A stretch of DNA of 64,000 bases from Alphaproteobacteria bacterium. GTDB lineage: Bacteria; Pseudomonadota; Alphaproteobacteria; SP197. Below are positions 48,290 through 59,630 of this stretch, one piece after another (position 1 is the first letter of the stretch; each line of letters opens with the position of its first letter). Made by a program: the position numbers and the translations under genes. The notes beneath the pieces are model-generated. The model made no database searches and had not been told where the DNA came from. It was given only the letters and a program-made list of their open reading frames with translations. The stretch is from NCBI GenBank assembly GCA_964291265.2, contig OZ219747.1, positions 2,112,001-2,176,000 on the forward strand, given 5' to 3'.

Positions 48290-50554
48290 ATGAACACGCT
48301 CGCAATGCACCCTCCCGAAGCCGTCCAGATCGGAACCTCGTGCTTCTCCCTTGCCGACCTCGACGGACAGACCGTCTACTTCTCGAACATGGAGCCCTTC
48401 GACTGCCACGACGAGGGCGACCGGCCGGCCATGCTGCTGCGGATCGTCAGGTTCGCCAGGCACGGCGTTCCTCAAGGAGACCTGCAGGCGGCCTTCGACG
48501 TGAGCCGCGCGACCGTGCAGCGGGCGGTGAGGAAGCTCCGGGACGAGGGCGAAGCGAGCTTCTACGAGCCACGCAAGGGCCGTGGTCTCAGCGTGATCAC
48601 AGGCGAGACGGCAGCCGCGGCGAACCGTCTCCTGGCCGAGGGCATGAACGCCGCGGCACTGGCCCGGGAACTGGGGATCGCGAGATCGACGGCGTACTAC
48701 AACCTCAGCAACGGCTTCATCGGCGGCGGAGAGCGGCCGCAGGCGGCGCAAGTCGACGAGGCCACGCGATGCCCGGACGATCTTCTCGGCCGCGGCGAAC
48801 GGGACCGTCGCGACAGGGTCGCGCCGATGGGGCGCGGCGCGCGCGACAGCGCCGGGCGCGTCGCGGCCTCGACGGGAGCCATGAATGAAGCGCCGCCGCG
48901 CTTCGACGAGCCACTCTCGGCGGTCGCCGGCGGCGGCGTCCTGGCGGCGCTGCCGGCGCTGCTGAAGGAGGGTCTCCTGGAGCACGCGGACAGGTTCCTG
49001 TCGCTGCCGAAAGGGTACTATGGGCTGACGAGCGTGCTTCTCATGCTCGCCTTCCTGTTCATGGCCCGGATCCGCAACCCCGAGGCGCTGCGCCACGAGG
49101 CGCCCGGAGAACGGGGCGCGGTCCTGGGGCTCGACCGCTGCCCGGAGGTCAAGACGCTGCGGCGCAAGATCAGGGCGCTGGCGAGCGACCCGCAGCGGGT
49201 CCGGGACTGGCAGGACGCGCTGGCGAAGGACTGGATCGCGGGCGCGCCGGATGTCTGCGCGACACTGTCGGTGGACGGGCACGTGAAGGTATATTCGGGC
49301 CGCAAGGGTCGCCTGCCGAAGCACTTCGTGTCACGTCAGAAGCTCTGTCTGCCGGCCTCGACAGGCTATTGGGTCAACGCGCTCGGCGGCCGGCCGCTCC
49401 TGTGCCTGCACAAGGACCTCGACCCGACCATGACGCACGCGCTGGAGCACGACATCCTGCCCGCGCTGGAGCGGCTCGGCCTGCCGGGGCCGGAGGCGCT
49501 GAACCTCGCCAGGGGAGAGGCGGTCGCGCCGGGGCTGACGCTGGTGTTCGACCGCGAGGGCTGGAGCCCGGCGCTGTTCGCCCGCCTCGCCCGGCGCGGG
49601 GTGGCGGTGATCACCTGGCACAAGGGGTTCCGGAGCGATCCCTGGCCACAGGGAGAGTTCCGCACGGTCCGGGCGCCGCTCCACTCACCAGGTGGCGTCC
49701 GCACCGCCGAGGTGCGGCTCGCACAGAGACGGATCACGCTGTCCGGCGGACCGCAGGTGCGCCAGATCCGGCGTCTTCTGGACAGCGGCCGGCAGGTGCC
49801 GCTGATTACCACGGACATGCACACGCCCATGGAGCGGGTCGCCGGCGCGCTGTTCTCGCGCTGGTCCCAGGAGAACTTCTTCAAGTACATGCGCCAGGAG
49901 TTCGGCCTCGACGCGCTGGCCGTGCACGGCCTTGTCGAGCAGGACCCCGAAGCGCGCGTCGTCCATCCGCACTGGCGCCGCTGCGACCGCCGCATCCGCC
50001 AGCTGCGCCAGAAGCTCGGCACACTGCGCAACCGCGTCGCCGACCTGCTCAAGGGCGCCCCGTCCGACACCGCCATCACGGCCGCCGCAACGCTGCAGGA
50101 CAAGATCGTGACGCTCGACGCCGAGCACGAGGCGCTCAAGGTCCGGCGTTCAGAAATCCCGAAACATGTCACCGTGGCCGAGCTCGACGAGAACGACAGG
50201 CTCGACGCCCTGCCCTCCAGCGAGAGGCTGCTGCTCGACATCGTTCGCATGATCGCCTACCGCGCCGAAACCCGGATGATGGCCGCCGTCGCCCAGGCCC
50301 AGGGCGCAAAGCAGCGCCCGCGACGCCCTCTCGCCGAACTGTTCCAGTCGGACGCCGACATCATCCCCGATCAGGAAAACCGCGTCCTGCGGGTGCGCTT
50401 CCTCGGCACCGCCAGCAACGCGCGCGACGCCGACATCGCCGGACTGCTCGATGAACTCAACCAGACACGCACGATCTTCCCAGGAACCGACCTGCGCATG
50501 ATCTACGACATGCCAGACAACCCACCCAAACTCGGCCCAGAAGCATCAAACTGA
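48290..50554 (+). CDS. Large putative DDE transposase with two N-terminal HTH regions
   Basis: VSRATVQR and IARSTAY HTHs; SVDGH, VFDREG, RWSQENFFK as candidate D-D-E. Confidence 0.7.
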   Translation: MNTLAMHPPEAVQIGTSCFSLADLDGQTVYFSNMEPFDCHDEGDRPAMLLRIVRFARHGVPQGDLQAAFDVSRATVQRAVRKLRDEGEASFYEPRKGRGLSVITGETAAAANRLLAEGMNAAALARELGIARSTAYYNLSNGFIGGGERPQAAQVDEATRCPDDLLGRGERDRRDRVAPMGRGARDSAGRVAASTGAMNEAPPRFDEPLSAVAGGGVLAALPALLKEGLLEHADRFLSLPKGYYGLTSVLLMLAFLFMARIRNPEALRHEAPGERGAVLGLDRCPEVKTLRRKIRALASDPQRVRDWQDALAKDWIAGAPDVCATLSVDGHVKVYSGRKGRLPKHFVSRQKLCLPASTGYWVNALGGRPLLCLHKDLDPTMTHALEHDILPALERLGLPGPEALNLARGEAVAPGLTLVFDREGWSPALFARLARRGVAVITWHKGFRSDPWPQGEFRTVRAPLHSPGGVRTAEVRLAQRRITLSGGPQVRQIRRLLDSGRQVPLITTDMHTPMERVAGALFSRWSQENFFKYMRQEFGLDALAVHGLVEQDPEARVVHPHWRRCDRRIRQLRQKLGTLRNRVADLLKGAPSDTAITAAATLQDKIVTLDAEHEALKVRRSEIPKHVTVAELDENDRLDALPSSERLLLDIVRMIAYRAETRMMAAVAQAQGAKQRPRRPLAELFQSDADIIPDQENRVLRVRFLGTASNARDADIAGLLDELNQTRTIFPGTDLRMIYDMPDNPPKLGPEASN

Positions 50555-50836
50555 TTGGACAAATTCATAGCCGAGGTCAGGACGTCTGAAGGTTGCCCCG
50601 GCATGCGCCGTACGTCCTTCCCCAGGTTGTCTCGGACGCCCCGCACACCTTCACTGACGACAGTTGCAACTCGCCAGCCGTCCGCTCACCGTCGATCAGC
50701 GCGATCCTCTTCGCGCACGGACGTAGTGTTCCAGGACACCATTCTCGGGAGTCTGATCGGCCAGGATCAGGTCGCGTCGCAGTTCAAGGACGCCGACGAT
50801 GAACGTGTCTGAGGATACCCGGCGCCTGGCAGAGGA

Positions 50837-50881
50837 AGCGGTTCTCCGCCAATATCCCGCCGTTCTGAATCGCCGCCGACA
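50837..50881 (+). repeat. Orphan second copy of the IS21 right end
   Basis: 44/45 identical to 39396-39440, same orientation, ends GACA. Confidence 0.88.
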
Positions 50882-51131
50882 TCAAGCACATAATGCTTCC
50901 GTACATGGGTACATTGTGAAGCCCGACAAATCCAACAAGCGACGCAAGATCAATGAATTGCCGCGGCTGTCAGCTGGAACGTTCGGAACTTCGGGTCAGT
51001 GACGGCCGGAGCGCCGTGACTGACCAGAGTCTTGTCGGACTGCTTGCACCCCGGGAATCAACACCACGGCTCGCCCCCAAAGCCCGGACAAACGAATTCT
51101 CGCCACGACACCACCTGCAACTCCGAAAGCC

Positions 51132-51281
51132 TCACAGCGCACCTGCCTCGTGGTTGACCGGATGATGCCGGTCGCCGTCAGCACAGACAAGCTGACCGTC
51201 CTTGAGGTGAACGCGTGTGCCGCAGTGGCAGGCACACATGCAGCAGGTGGTGGTGACGATATCGTCGACCGTCACCGGCAT
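51132..51281 (-). pseudogene. N-terminal 4Fe-4S fragment of a molybdopterin oxidoreductase
   Basis: TTTCCMCACHCGTRVHLKDG..GDRHHPVN.GAL, then stop. Confidence 0.65.
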
Positions 51282-51377
51282 GCAGCCGATGCGCTGCTCA
51301 ATTCCGGCGGCCGGTCTACGCCACGGATTTCTGCGACATGGGCTCATCTTCAGGCATGGAGCCGGATGCACGTGTCA

Positions 51378-53048
51378 TCAAGGACGGGCCTGGACATGGG
51401 GATAGTCCACTGCGGCCCGTTCCGGGGTGGTCAGTCCTTCGGCAAGGTCATGCCTGATCGCTTCGACGGGGCGGTCGCCGGGCCGGCCGTAGCCGCCGCC
51501 ACCGCCGGTGTGAATGGCGAGAACATCCCCCTTGCGCAAGGTCATCCCGGCCTTGGATCTGACCGGTATGACCTCTCCGTCGCGCAGTACGTGGCACGAG
51601 CCGGGGACACCGTCTCCACCACCATGGAGTCCTGCAGGAGCGATGCGGAACCGATCAGCATAGATGGCAAAGATCACGTCGTCGCGGATGATCTCGTAGG
51701 CGCGGGTAAATCCCAGTCCGCCCCGGCAGCGGCCGGCGCCCCCTGAGTCGGAAAGCAGCGTGTAGTCGATGACCCGGAAGTAGTCGTATTCCATGTCCAG
51801 GGCCTCGACGGGCGCGTTGGAACAGTTCGACAGGGGACTGTCGATGGCGTCGCACCCGTCGGCTTCCGAAGACGCTCCGTAACCGCCGCCGAAGATCTCC
51901 ACGTACACCTTGTAACCGCTATCCGTGGGACGGGAGAGAGCGAAGACGGCGGTGGTGTCGAACCCGCAGGCGATCACGCGGTCGGGGGCGGCCGAAGCCA
52001 GGGCCTTCATCACCGCATTGAAGACGCGATAGGCTGGTTCCATGCGCGCCCTCACGGGTGCAGGAGGCTTCGGATTGAGCAGGGACCCGTAGGGGGCGGT
52101 GATGTTGAAAGGCCTCTTCACTCCTTCGTTGAAGGGGACATCGGCGCTTGTCAGCACCGATTTGACACAGGCCAGCGCAGCCGAGACCGTGGAGGAAAAG
52201 GGACAGTTGAGGTTGCGCCCCACCTGGGGCGCCGTGCCTTCGAAGGAGATGTCGAGACGATCGCCCTCGATGGTCACCTGGGCCTTGACCGGCAACGGAC
52301 GGTCGTCGATGCCGTCGTCATCCACTGCATCTTCGCCCTCGTAGGTGCCGTTGGGGATGGTGGCGATCGATGCCCGGACCCGGCGTTCCGAGTAGTCAAG
52401 CAGTTCTGCCATGGCCTGGGTGACCGCCTCCGGGCCGAACTTCGTGGTCAGTTCCTTCAGGCGCAAGCCACCAATGGCGTTGGCGGCAAACTGTGCATTG
52501 AAATCTCCGATGGTGAGCTGGGGTACGCGGATGTTTGCCGCCACGAGGCGCTCGAAGCAGCCGCCGTTCCAGTCGCGTTCCAGATTGTAGCACGAGGGAG
52601 GGATCTGCAGACCTTCCTGATAGATGTCCGAGGCATCGGCGTTCAGTCCCGGGGCGCCACCGCCCAGATCGAGATGGTGTGCCACCGAGGCGCCAAAGCC
52701 GATGATCCGGTTCTCGAAGAAGATGGGCGAAAAGATGAAGACATCGGGAAGGTGCTGACCGCCGTTGAAGGGATCATTAGTGATGTAGAAGTCCCCCGGC
52801 TCCAGGGAATCGACCGGGTGTGTCTCGGCGCAAGGAACGAAGGTCATCTTCATCGGACCGAGTTGCATGGGGATGAGTTCGGCCTGTGCGACGACATTTC
52901 CGTGCCGGTCGAGCAACGCGGCCGAGGCGTCCTGCGCTTCCCTGACAATCGTCGAGTAGGCGCTGCGAATGAGTTTGGCGCCCATCTCCCTTGCCGCCGC
53001 GATGATACCCTGGCTGATGACCGCATAGTCCACAGGATCGAGTGACAT
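51378..53048 (-). CDS. Hydantoinase B/5-oxoprolinase family protein
   Basis: LIRSAYSTIVREAQD, NDPFNGGQHLPD, HHLDLGG, YQEGL, SGGAGRCRGG, TGGGGGYG. Confidence 0.9.
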   Translation of the reverse strand: MSLDPVDYAVISQGIIAAAREMGAKLIRSAYSTIVREAQDASAALLDRHGNVVAQAELIPMQLGPMKMTFVPCAETHPVDSLEPGDFYITNDPFNGGQHLPDVFIFSPIFFENRIIGFGASVAHHLDLGGGAPGLNADASDIYQEGLQIPPSCYNLERDWNGGCFERLVAANIRVPQLTIGDFNAQFAANAIGGLRLKELTTKFGPEAVTQAMAELLDYSERRVRASIATIPNGTYEGEDAVDDDGIDDRPLPVKAQVTIEGDRLDISFEGTAPQVGRNLNCPFSSTVSAALACVKSVLTSADVPFNEGVKRPFNITAPYGSLLNPKPPAPVRARMEPAYRVFNAVMKALASAAPDRVIACGFDTTAVFALSRPTDSGYKVYVEIFGGGYGASSEADGCDAIDSPLSNCSNAPVEALDMEYDYFRVIDYTLLSDSGGAGRCRGGLGFTRAYEIIRDDVIFAIYADRFRIAPAGLHGGGDGVPGSCHVLRDGEVIPVRSKAGMTLRKGDVLAIHTGGGGGYGRPGDRPVEAIRHDLAEGLTTPERAAVDYPHVQARP

Positions 53049-53099
53049 AACTCTCATCTCCCTTCCACAGCCGTACCATGCCAAGCGTGATGGCACCAT

Positions 53100-54509
53100 G
53101 CTCGGTGGTCACTGACATACCCTTCTGCGACATCGTCGTCGATCAGGACCTGATCCCGCTCGTCCGGGGCACTGTAACCGGCGCCGACACCGGTACGTAT
53201 GGTCACGATGTGTATGGTCACGATGTCGCCGATTTCGAGCGGCATCATTCCCTTGCTCGCCACGTCGGTGATCCTGCCGTCGTGTTCGACTCAGCATGAT
53301 GTCCGCCTCCCATCGTGGCCGCCGAAGAGGTCGGCCGGCGCCAAGCGGAACCAGTCGGCATAGAGGGTCAGAGCGCAGCCCGGTTCGAGAACCTCTTACA
53401 CCCGGTCCTCCCCAAGCCGCCCCGCCGCTGTCGACGCGCAGGGTGCAGGCGGAAGAAGAAGTACTCGAGATCCAGAGCCTCGAACCGGTGTATTGGTGCA
53501 TTGGTGCAGTTGGCCAGGGGGCTGGCAAGTGCGCTCTCACCGGCTTTGTACGCCGAGGCGCCGGAGCCGCTGCCGAGCTCCTCCGTGACAACCTGGCAGT
53601 GCCGGCCGTCGAAGCGCGTCGGTGAGCGCCGGTGGTGTCGTAACCGCGGGCGGTGACACGCTCCGGAACGGCGCTGACAAGAGCCTTCATGACGGCATTG
53701 CTGCCCTGTGACAGGTTTCCCATGCGGGCATGAACCGGCGTCGGGCATTGTGGGTTGAGCAGGCAGGGATAGGGCATGCGGAGCGTCACGGGCTGTGTCA
53801 TGTCTTGATTGAAGGAGGCATCGGGGCTGGCGAGTGTCGCCTTGATCGCTGCATAGGTGGCCGATGCGGTCGAGGAAAGGGGGCTGTTGAGGTTGCAGAC
53901 CAACTTCACCCGCGGTTCCGGCAAAGTAGCCTCGATCCGGTCTTCGTCGATGTGATGGCCACGCGCACGGGTCGTGGCTGGTCGTGGACGCCGTCGTCAT
54001 CGACCGCATCCGCTCCGTGCCACGCGCCCTCGGGGACGCCCGCGATCTCCCTTCTCATGCGCCGCTCGGAACAGGCGATGAGCTCTGCCATCGCTTCGCC
54101 GGCCCGGTCCAATCCGTGTCTGGTGGACAGGTGCGCACGAGGTGTTCTGCACCCAGGGCGTTGTTGGCGGCGAGCTGCGCATTGACATCACCGGTGGTGG
54201 GCCGGGGCGCGCGGATGTTGGCAGCGACAAGGCGCTGCAGCGGTCCGCCATGCCAGTGGCGCCTATCGAGGCCAGCACGAGGGCGGCAGGCGCAGACCTT
54301 GATTGTTTCCGCCATCGAGTCGGGGTGCATGGGCAACATACCGGCCTCGGCGACGTTTCGTCCTGCGGGATCGAGCAGCGCGGCAGAGGCATCGGCCGCC
54401 TCGCGGGCGACAGTGAAACTAGGGCCGAGCGCACGAGCTTCGAGCCCGTTTCATGTGCCGCGGCGATGATATCCCGGTTGATGACCGCCTGATCGATGAC
54501 ATCGAGCAT
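53100..54509 (-). pseudogene. Degenerate tandem paralog of hydantoinase B
   Basis: Fragments in several frames: GSKLVRSA, RLVAANIRAP, SERRMR, CNLNSP, SPLANCTNAP, TGVGAGY. Confidence 0.8.
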
Positions 54510-54715
54510 CAAGGAGAACGCCTCCGCCATGCCGCTCATCCATAACCATGTTCTCACGTTCGTGCCGGGATGTCTCGCGCGGGCGGTCGATATACGTGTT
54601 TTTCGGGAATGCCGCCACCTGCTATCATGGACCGTGACGGGGCGGACGCGGCGTACATCCTCACAACGCCAACCGCCTTGCGTGATTGGGCGCCGTCGAC
54701 GCACCGGGGGGATCC

Positions 54716-55978
54716 ATGGGTGAACGCGGTCATGTGACGGTCATCGGGGCAGGTGTCGTGGGCGTGGCGACGGCTCTTTGCCTTGTCCGTGACGGATTTG
54801 ACGTGAGCGTGATCGATCGCGACGGACCCGGCGAGAACTGCTCCTTCGGCAACGCCGGCATGATCTGCGATACCAGTTCGGCCCTGCCCCTGCCGTCATC
54901 GAGCGTCATCCGGGAACTGCCCCGAATGCTGATGGATCGCAAGAGCAGTCTTCACATCCGCTGGAGCTACCTGCCAGCGCTGATGCCCTGGCTCCTCGTG
55001 TTCATGAAGAGCGCCGGGGCCGGCCAACGGCTTCACAATGGCCGAACCTTCCATGCCCTGCTCGAAGGCGCCGTTGAATCCTGGGAGCGGCTTGTCGACG
55101 GAACAAAAGGAGCGGCGCTGATCCGCAAGCGCGGACTCGCCATCGTCTACGAAACCGAACGCGGCTTTACGTCGGCGGCTGCGGATCGCGCCATCCTGCG
55201 GGAGCTCGGCGCCACGTTCACTGAGCTCGATGGCGTCGAAATGCGCCAGAGCGAGCCACAGATATCCGATGTCGTGGCAGCCGCAGCCTTTATTCCCGGC
55301 GTCAATCACACGGTCAATCCCTACCGTCTCACGTGCGCGGTTGCCGACAGCGTGGTGGCCGCCGGAGGAGTGGTCGAGACGGCGACGGTGACGGGGATCG
55401 AGGTGAGCGACGGCAGGGTGCGGACACTGCAGACCACTGCTGGGAACAGGAAGGTGGATCGTCTGGTGGTGTCCGCAGGAGCGTGGTCGGGGCGTCTGGC
55501 AAAGATGCTCGGGTTCCGTGTCCTGCTCGATACCGAGCGGGGGTATCATACCGTTTTTCACGGTACCGACAGCGGGCTGCGCCTGCCTCTCATTCATGGA
55601 GAACAGGGTTTCGGCATGAACCAGATGGACGAGGGGCTTCGTATCGCCGGAAGTGTCGAGATGGCGGGTATCGATGCCCCCGCAAACTACGCGCGCGCCG
55701 ACATCCTGGTCGAAAGGGGACGCGGTCTGTTGCGCAACTTCAGGCCTGATCCTTCGGCGAAGATCACCCGATGGATGGGTCGCCGGCCCACTTTGCCCGA
55801 TTACCTCCCCGCGCTCGGCAAGGTCGACGGCCTGATGAACACGTGGTTCAACTTTGGGCACCAGCATCTGGGCCTGACCCTGGCGGCGCGCAGCGGCGAG
55901 GTGATGGCGAATCTTGTGGCGGGCCGTGATCCCGGCCTTGACCTTGGCGCATTCAGACCGGATCGTTTCCACGGGTAA
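54716..55978 (+). CDS. FAD-dependent D-amino acid dehydrogenase-like oxidoreductase
   Basis: VIGAGVVG, CSFGNAG, ERGYH, WMGRRPTLPD, FGHQHLGLT. Confidence 0.85.
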   Translation: MGERGHVTVIGAGVVGVATALCLVRDGFDVSVIDRDGPGENCSFGNAGMICDTSSALPLPSSSVIRELPRMLMDRKSSLHIRWSYLPALMPWLLVFMKSAGAGQRLHNGRTFHALLEGAVESWERLVDGTKGAALIRKRGLAIVYETERGFTSAAADRAILRELGATFTELDGVEMRQSEPQISDVVAAAAFIPGVNHTVNPYRLTCAVADSVVAAGGVVETATVTGIEVSDGRVRTLQTTAGNRKVDRLVVSAGAWSGRLAKMLGFRVLLDTERGYHTVFHGTDSGLRLPLIHGEQGFGMNQMDEGLRIAGSVEMAGIDAPANYARADILVERGRGLLRNFRPDPSAKITRWMGRRPTLPDYLPALGKVDGLMNTWFNFGHQHLGLTLAARSGEVMANLVAGRDPGLDLGAFRPDRFHG

Positions 55979-55997
55979 TGGATGGAGACCGGGTGCC

Positions 55998-56498
55998 ATG
56001 AGCCGTGCCTTTGTCCGGGAGACGGACGCCGACAGCGTCGTCGACGCCCTCCCCGAACTTCCCCAGGAGCCGATTCCCAACTATGTCACGCCGGAAGGCA
56101 TGGTCATGCTTGAGGACTGGCTTGACCGGCTGCGCCAGGAACGCGATGCGCTGGAGGTTGATCAGACCAGCATGATCGGGCGCAACCAGTTGGCTCATGT
56201 CAGACGCGATCTGCGCTATGTGGAAGGACGCATCGACCACGCTGTGGTGGTGGATCCGGCCGCACAACCTGCCAGCAAGGTGGCGTTTGGCGCCCGGGTT
56301 GACGTGCTGGACGAAGACGGGGAGCACCGCACCTGGCGCATCGTCGGTGAGAACCAGGCGGACATCGGCAAGAGCATGGTGAGTTGGGTCTCACCCCTGG
56401 CACGCGCGCTCATCGGCGCCGAAGTGGGCGACACCGTCATCTGGCGGCGCCCTGCGGGCGACCTCGAACTCGAGATCACCTCCATCAGCTTCGTGTAG
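55998..56498 (+). CDS. GreA/GreB family factor
   Basis: MSRAFVRE, NYVTPEG, VAFGARV, WRIVGE, VSWVSPLARALIG. Confidence 0.85.
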   Translation: MSRAFVRETDADSVVDALPELPQEPIPNYVTPEGMVMLEDWLDRLRQERDALEVDQTSMIGRNQLAHVRRDLRYVEGRIDHAVVVDPAAQPASKVAFGARVDVLDEDGEHRTWRIVGENQADIGKSMVSWVSPLARALIGAEVGDTVIWRRPAGDLELEITSISFV

Positions 56499-56799
56499 CT
56501 GACTCGCGCCGGATTTCTGCATTTCCGTGTGTGTTCCGCAGCACCATCCGACAGCGGTCCCTCACCACGCGCGGTCGGCCGTCTGAAGCACATCGAGTCA
56601 GCCCGGCACCTCGCGCTGCCGCATGACCCGAAACACCCGTCTTCCGTTGGCGGAGCCGCGGCGGTCAGCGGCCCGAACCATGGGCGGCGCTGTGACGGGG
56701 GGAGTTCGCATGGCCGCGCTCAACACCTTCGAGAGGTCCGTCGCGCCCGCCGCTGTGACCGAAGCGATCTCCGGCGGGGACCTGCGCCGTCATCCGCGA

Positions 56800-58062
56800 C
56801 ATGCTCGATGCCGACAGCCTGGCCCTCCTGCGCCGGGCGCTCGGCAGCTTCCGCGGTCCGGGCGCGGTGGAGATGTTCAGGGACCGGTTCGTCCGGGGAT
56901 GCCTCGACAACGGCTACGACGGCGCGTTCGCCGAAAGCTGCTTCCGGCAGCTCCAAGGCTTCTTCGGATACGGCTTCCCGGAAAACCACGCGGCGAGCTT
57001 CGCGCTGCTCGTCTACGCGTCGGCCTGGCTCAAGCGCAATCATCCGGAAGCCTTTGCTTGTGCGTTGCTGAACGCCCTGCCCATGGGGTTCTACGCGCCG
57101 GCGCAGATCGTGCGCGACGCTCGGAAGCACGGCGTCGACGTCCGCCCGGTCTGCATCGAGCGGAGCTACTGGGACCACGTGCTCGAACCCTCGGCGGACG
57201 GCGGCCTTGCGGTACGTCTCGGCTTCCGCCAGATCAAGGCTTCCGCGAGGAGGACGGGCTCCGGCTCGCCGCCGCCCGCGGCAACGGATACCGCTCGGTC
57301 GACGCGGTGTGGCGTCGGGCCGGCCTCGCCGGGGCGGACGCATTCGCGGAGCACGGACTTGGCCGCAGGGACGCGCTGTGGGCGGTCAAGGGGCTGGTGC
57401 AGAGCGTCCGCTGCCGCTGTTCGAGCAGACCGGAGAGGGCCTGCCGGAGGTCCCGACCCGCTGCCGCCAATGTCCGCGTGGCAGGAAGTGTTCGAGGATC
57501 ACGTCTCGATGCGCCTCAGCCTGCAGGAGCACCCCGTGTCGCTGCTCGCGCCCGCACTCGGCCGGGTTATCGACGCGGCGGAAATCCGCAATACGCCCGA
57601 CGGGGTGTGGGTGACGGTGGCTGGCCTCGTCATGACCCGGCAGCGCCCCAGCACCGCGAGCGAGGTGGTATTCATCACTCACGAAGACCAGACCACCCCG
57701 GCGTCGCCAGCATCGTCTGGTCGAAGACATTCGAGAAGCACCAGCGGCAAGTCATGGCCGGGCGGTTACTCCGCATCCGCGGCAGGCTCCAGCGCGAAGG
57801 GATCGTCGCCCACGAGGTCTCATCAAGGATAGGGGACCTGTCCGTTCTGCTCGCCCCCCTCGGCGGTCCGCCATCCGGCGCCGCCGGTATCCGCCTCTTC
57901 CGGGCGCCGACGACATCGGACGGCCTGCCTCCGGCGGCGAGAACCTGCGCCCGCGGTCGGAAGCAGTCACGTTGGCGCTGCAACGCGCCGGCCGGGCTGC
58001 CGGCGCAACTGCATCCTCGCGAACAAGAGAAGGCGCCGTTCGGCAGCCGCGATTTCCGTTGA
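56800..58062 (+). pseudogene. dnaE2: Error-prone DNA polymerase DnaE2, C-terminal remnant with frameshifts
   Basis: GYGFPENHAASFALLVYASAWLK, PMGFYAPAQIVRDA, RQRPSTA, terminal SRDFR. Confidence 0.85.
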
Positions 58063-58365
58063 CCGGGGATGTGGCGGCCGCAGCGGCTGCCGGGGCCCGA
58101 CAACACCCGGCGCCGGTGTGCATGCGGGCCTGGAGGTCAACCCGACAGGGCCGCAGCGATCGTTGCGGTCGGCATGACCATGCGGTGGGGACCCGCGTCA
58201 TGCCCGACGGGTCGAGGATCGGCAAGGCCGTGCTGTGGTGGCTGGGGGATTGACGCGGCGGAACCGACGGTCGAGGAATGCTGGTCTCCGGCGGGCGGCG
58301 TCGTGGGCACCGGTCCGATTGATACCGCTCCTGGCAGGGCGCGAGGAAAGCGAGATGGGTTCGAC

Positions 58366-59229
58366 ATGTTGCACATTGCGGGAATGCCGCCCGTCTACGA
58401 CCGCTGGCTGAATGGCGTGATGCCGGCCCGGGCCGGTCTGAAGGCGGATCGAATCACTGTGCTGCGCGTCATGCCGGCCTGGGAGGGCGGGGCGCTCCGC
58501 CTGGTGTTCGATCTGACGGGCGCCGACATCGCCTGCTCGCCGACGGTGCAGAACGCGTTCGTGCTGATGCGCGCCGCCGGGGAGGTGGACGGGCTGGAAC
58601 TGACCGCCCGGGGCCACCTGAGGCTGGAGACCGTGTCGGCCATGCGCGAGGCGATGGACTGGCCCGGCTGCCTGTTCGAGGAGAGATTGCGCGCCGGCAA
58701 GCGGCTGGGGGAAGGCCACGTCGAGGAACTGCGGTTGCTCCGGGAGCTGCTGACGATGGACAGCCTGCTGATCCGAAAGCACGGCAGACTCAGGGTCGGG
58801 GCGGACGGGCGCCGTGTGCTCAAGGGCGCGCGGGAGCGCGTTCAACGGGACTTCTTCCGTTCCGGCACTGCTTCTGGGAAGTGAGCCCGAGCCTGTTCGG
58901 TGAGCCCGAATGCGGATATTGGCCCCAGCCGCAGTTCGGGCCGGCGCTGTGGGTTCTTTCAACGATCGGGGGCCGCTGGCAGAACACGGCGACGCTGATG
59001 CGTCTCAGCGTGCTGCCGGACGGCGGTGCTGCGCAATCCGGACAGGGCGCCGCCGGTGTTGTTGGTGCTGCGCCTGCTGCAGCCGCTGCGCTGGTTCGGA
59101 TTGGTCGAATGCCGCGGTGAGGATGCGACGCTGACGGACCACGGCGAGTGGCGCAAGACACCGATGTTCGACCGGTTCGTGCAGTTCGATCCCGACCCGT
59201 TTGGAATCGGCAAGGTCACCGTGCACTGA
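58366..59229 (+). pseudogene. Frameshifted hypothetical protein
   Basis: Protein-like segments in three successive frames (..LELTARGHLRLETV.., ..WPQPQFG.., ..LLQPLRWFGLVE..WRKTPMFDRF). Confidence 0.45.
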
Positions 59230-59630
59230 CACGGGCGGCGATACGGGGAAGACCGGCCTGCACGATCCGGCGGGCTGCCCCTGCCAGCGAAGCCAGGGCA
59301 ACATGAAAGCCGCCAGGCTCGGCGAACAGGTCGATGAAGCGAAGGAGGCTCATGTTCATTCAGCCCTTGTGCGGCCGTCCGTCACAGGTCCGCTTCGCAG
59401 ACGGCAGCCCGGGGCCAATCAGCACCACCGGTACTCGCGCCGGATTGCCGAGCGCCGCCAGTGCCGCAGTGCACTGACATACGGCTCCCGAGCCCTTTCC
59501 ACCCTCACCGAAGCTTGCCGATCAGGGGGAGAATCGAGCGCTTGCAACAGCTGCCGGCACGGAATAAACTGTCGGCTCGTCATGCCTTCATGCCCTGCCA
59601 TGGAGGCCCATCCATCGAGGAGCGAGCGCG

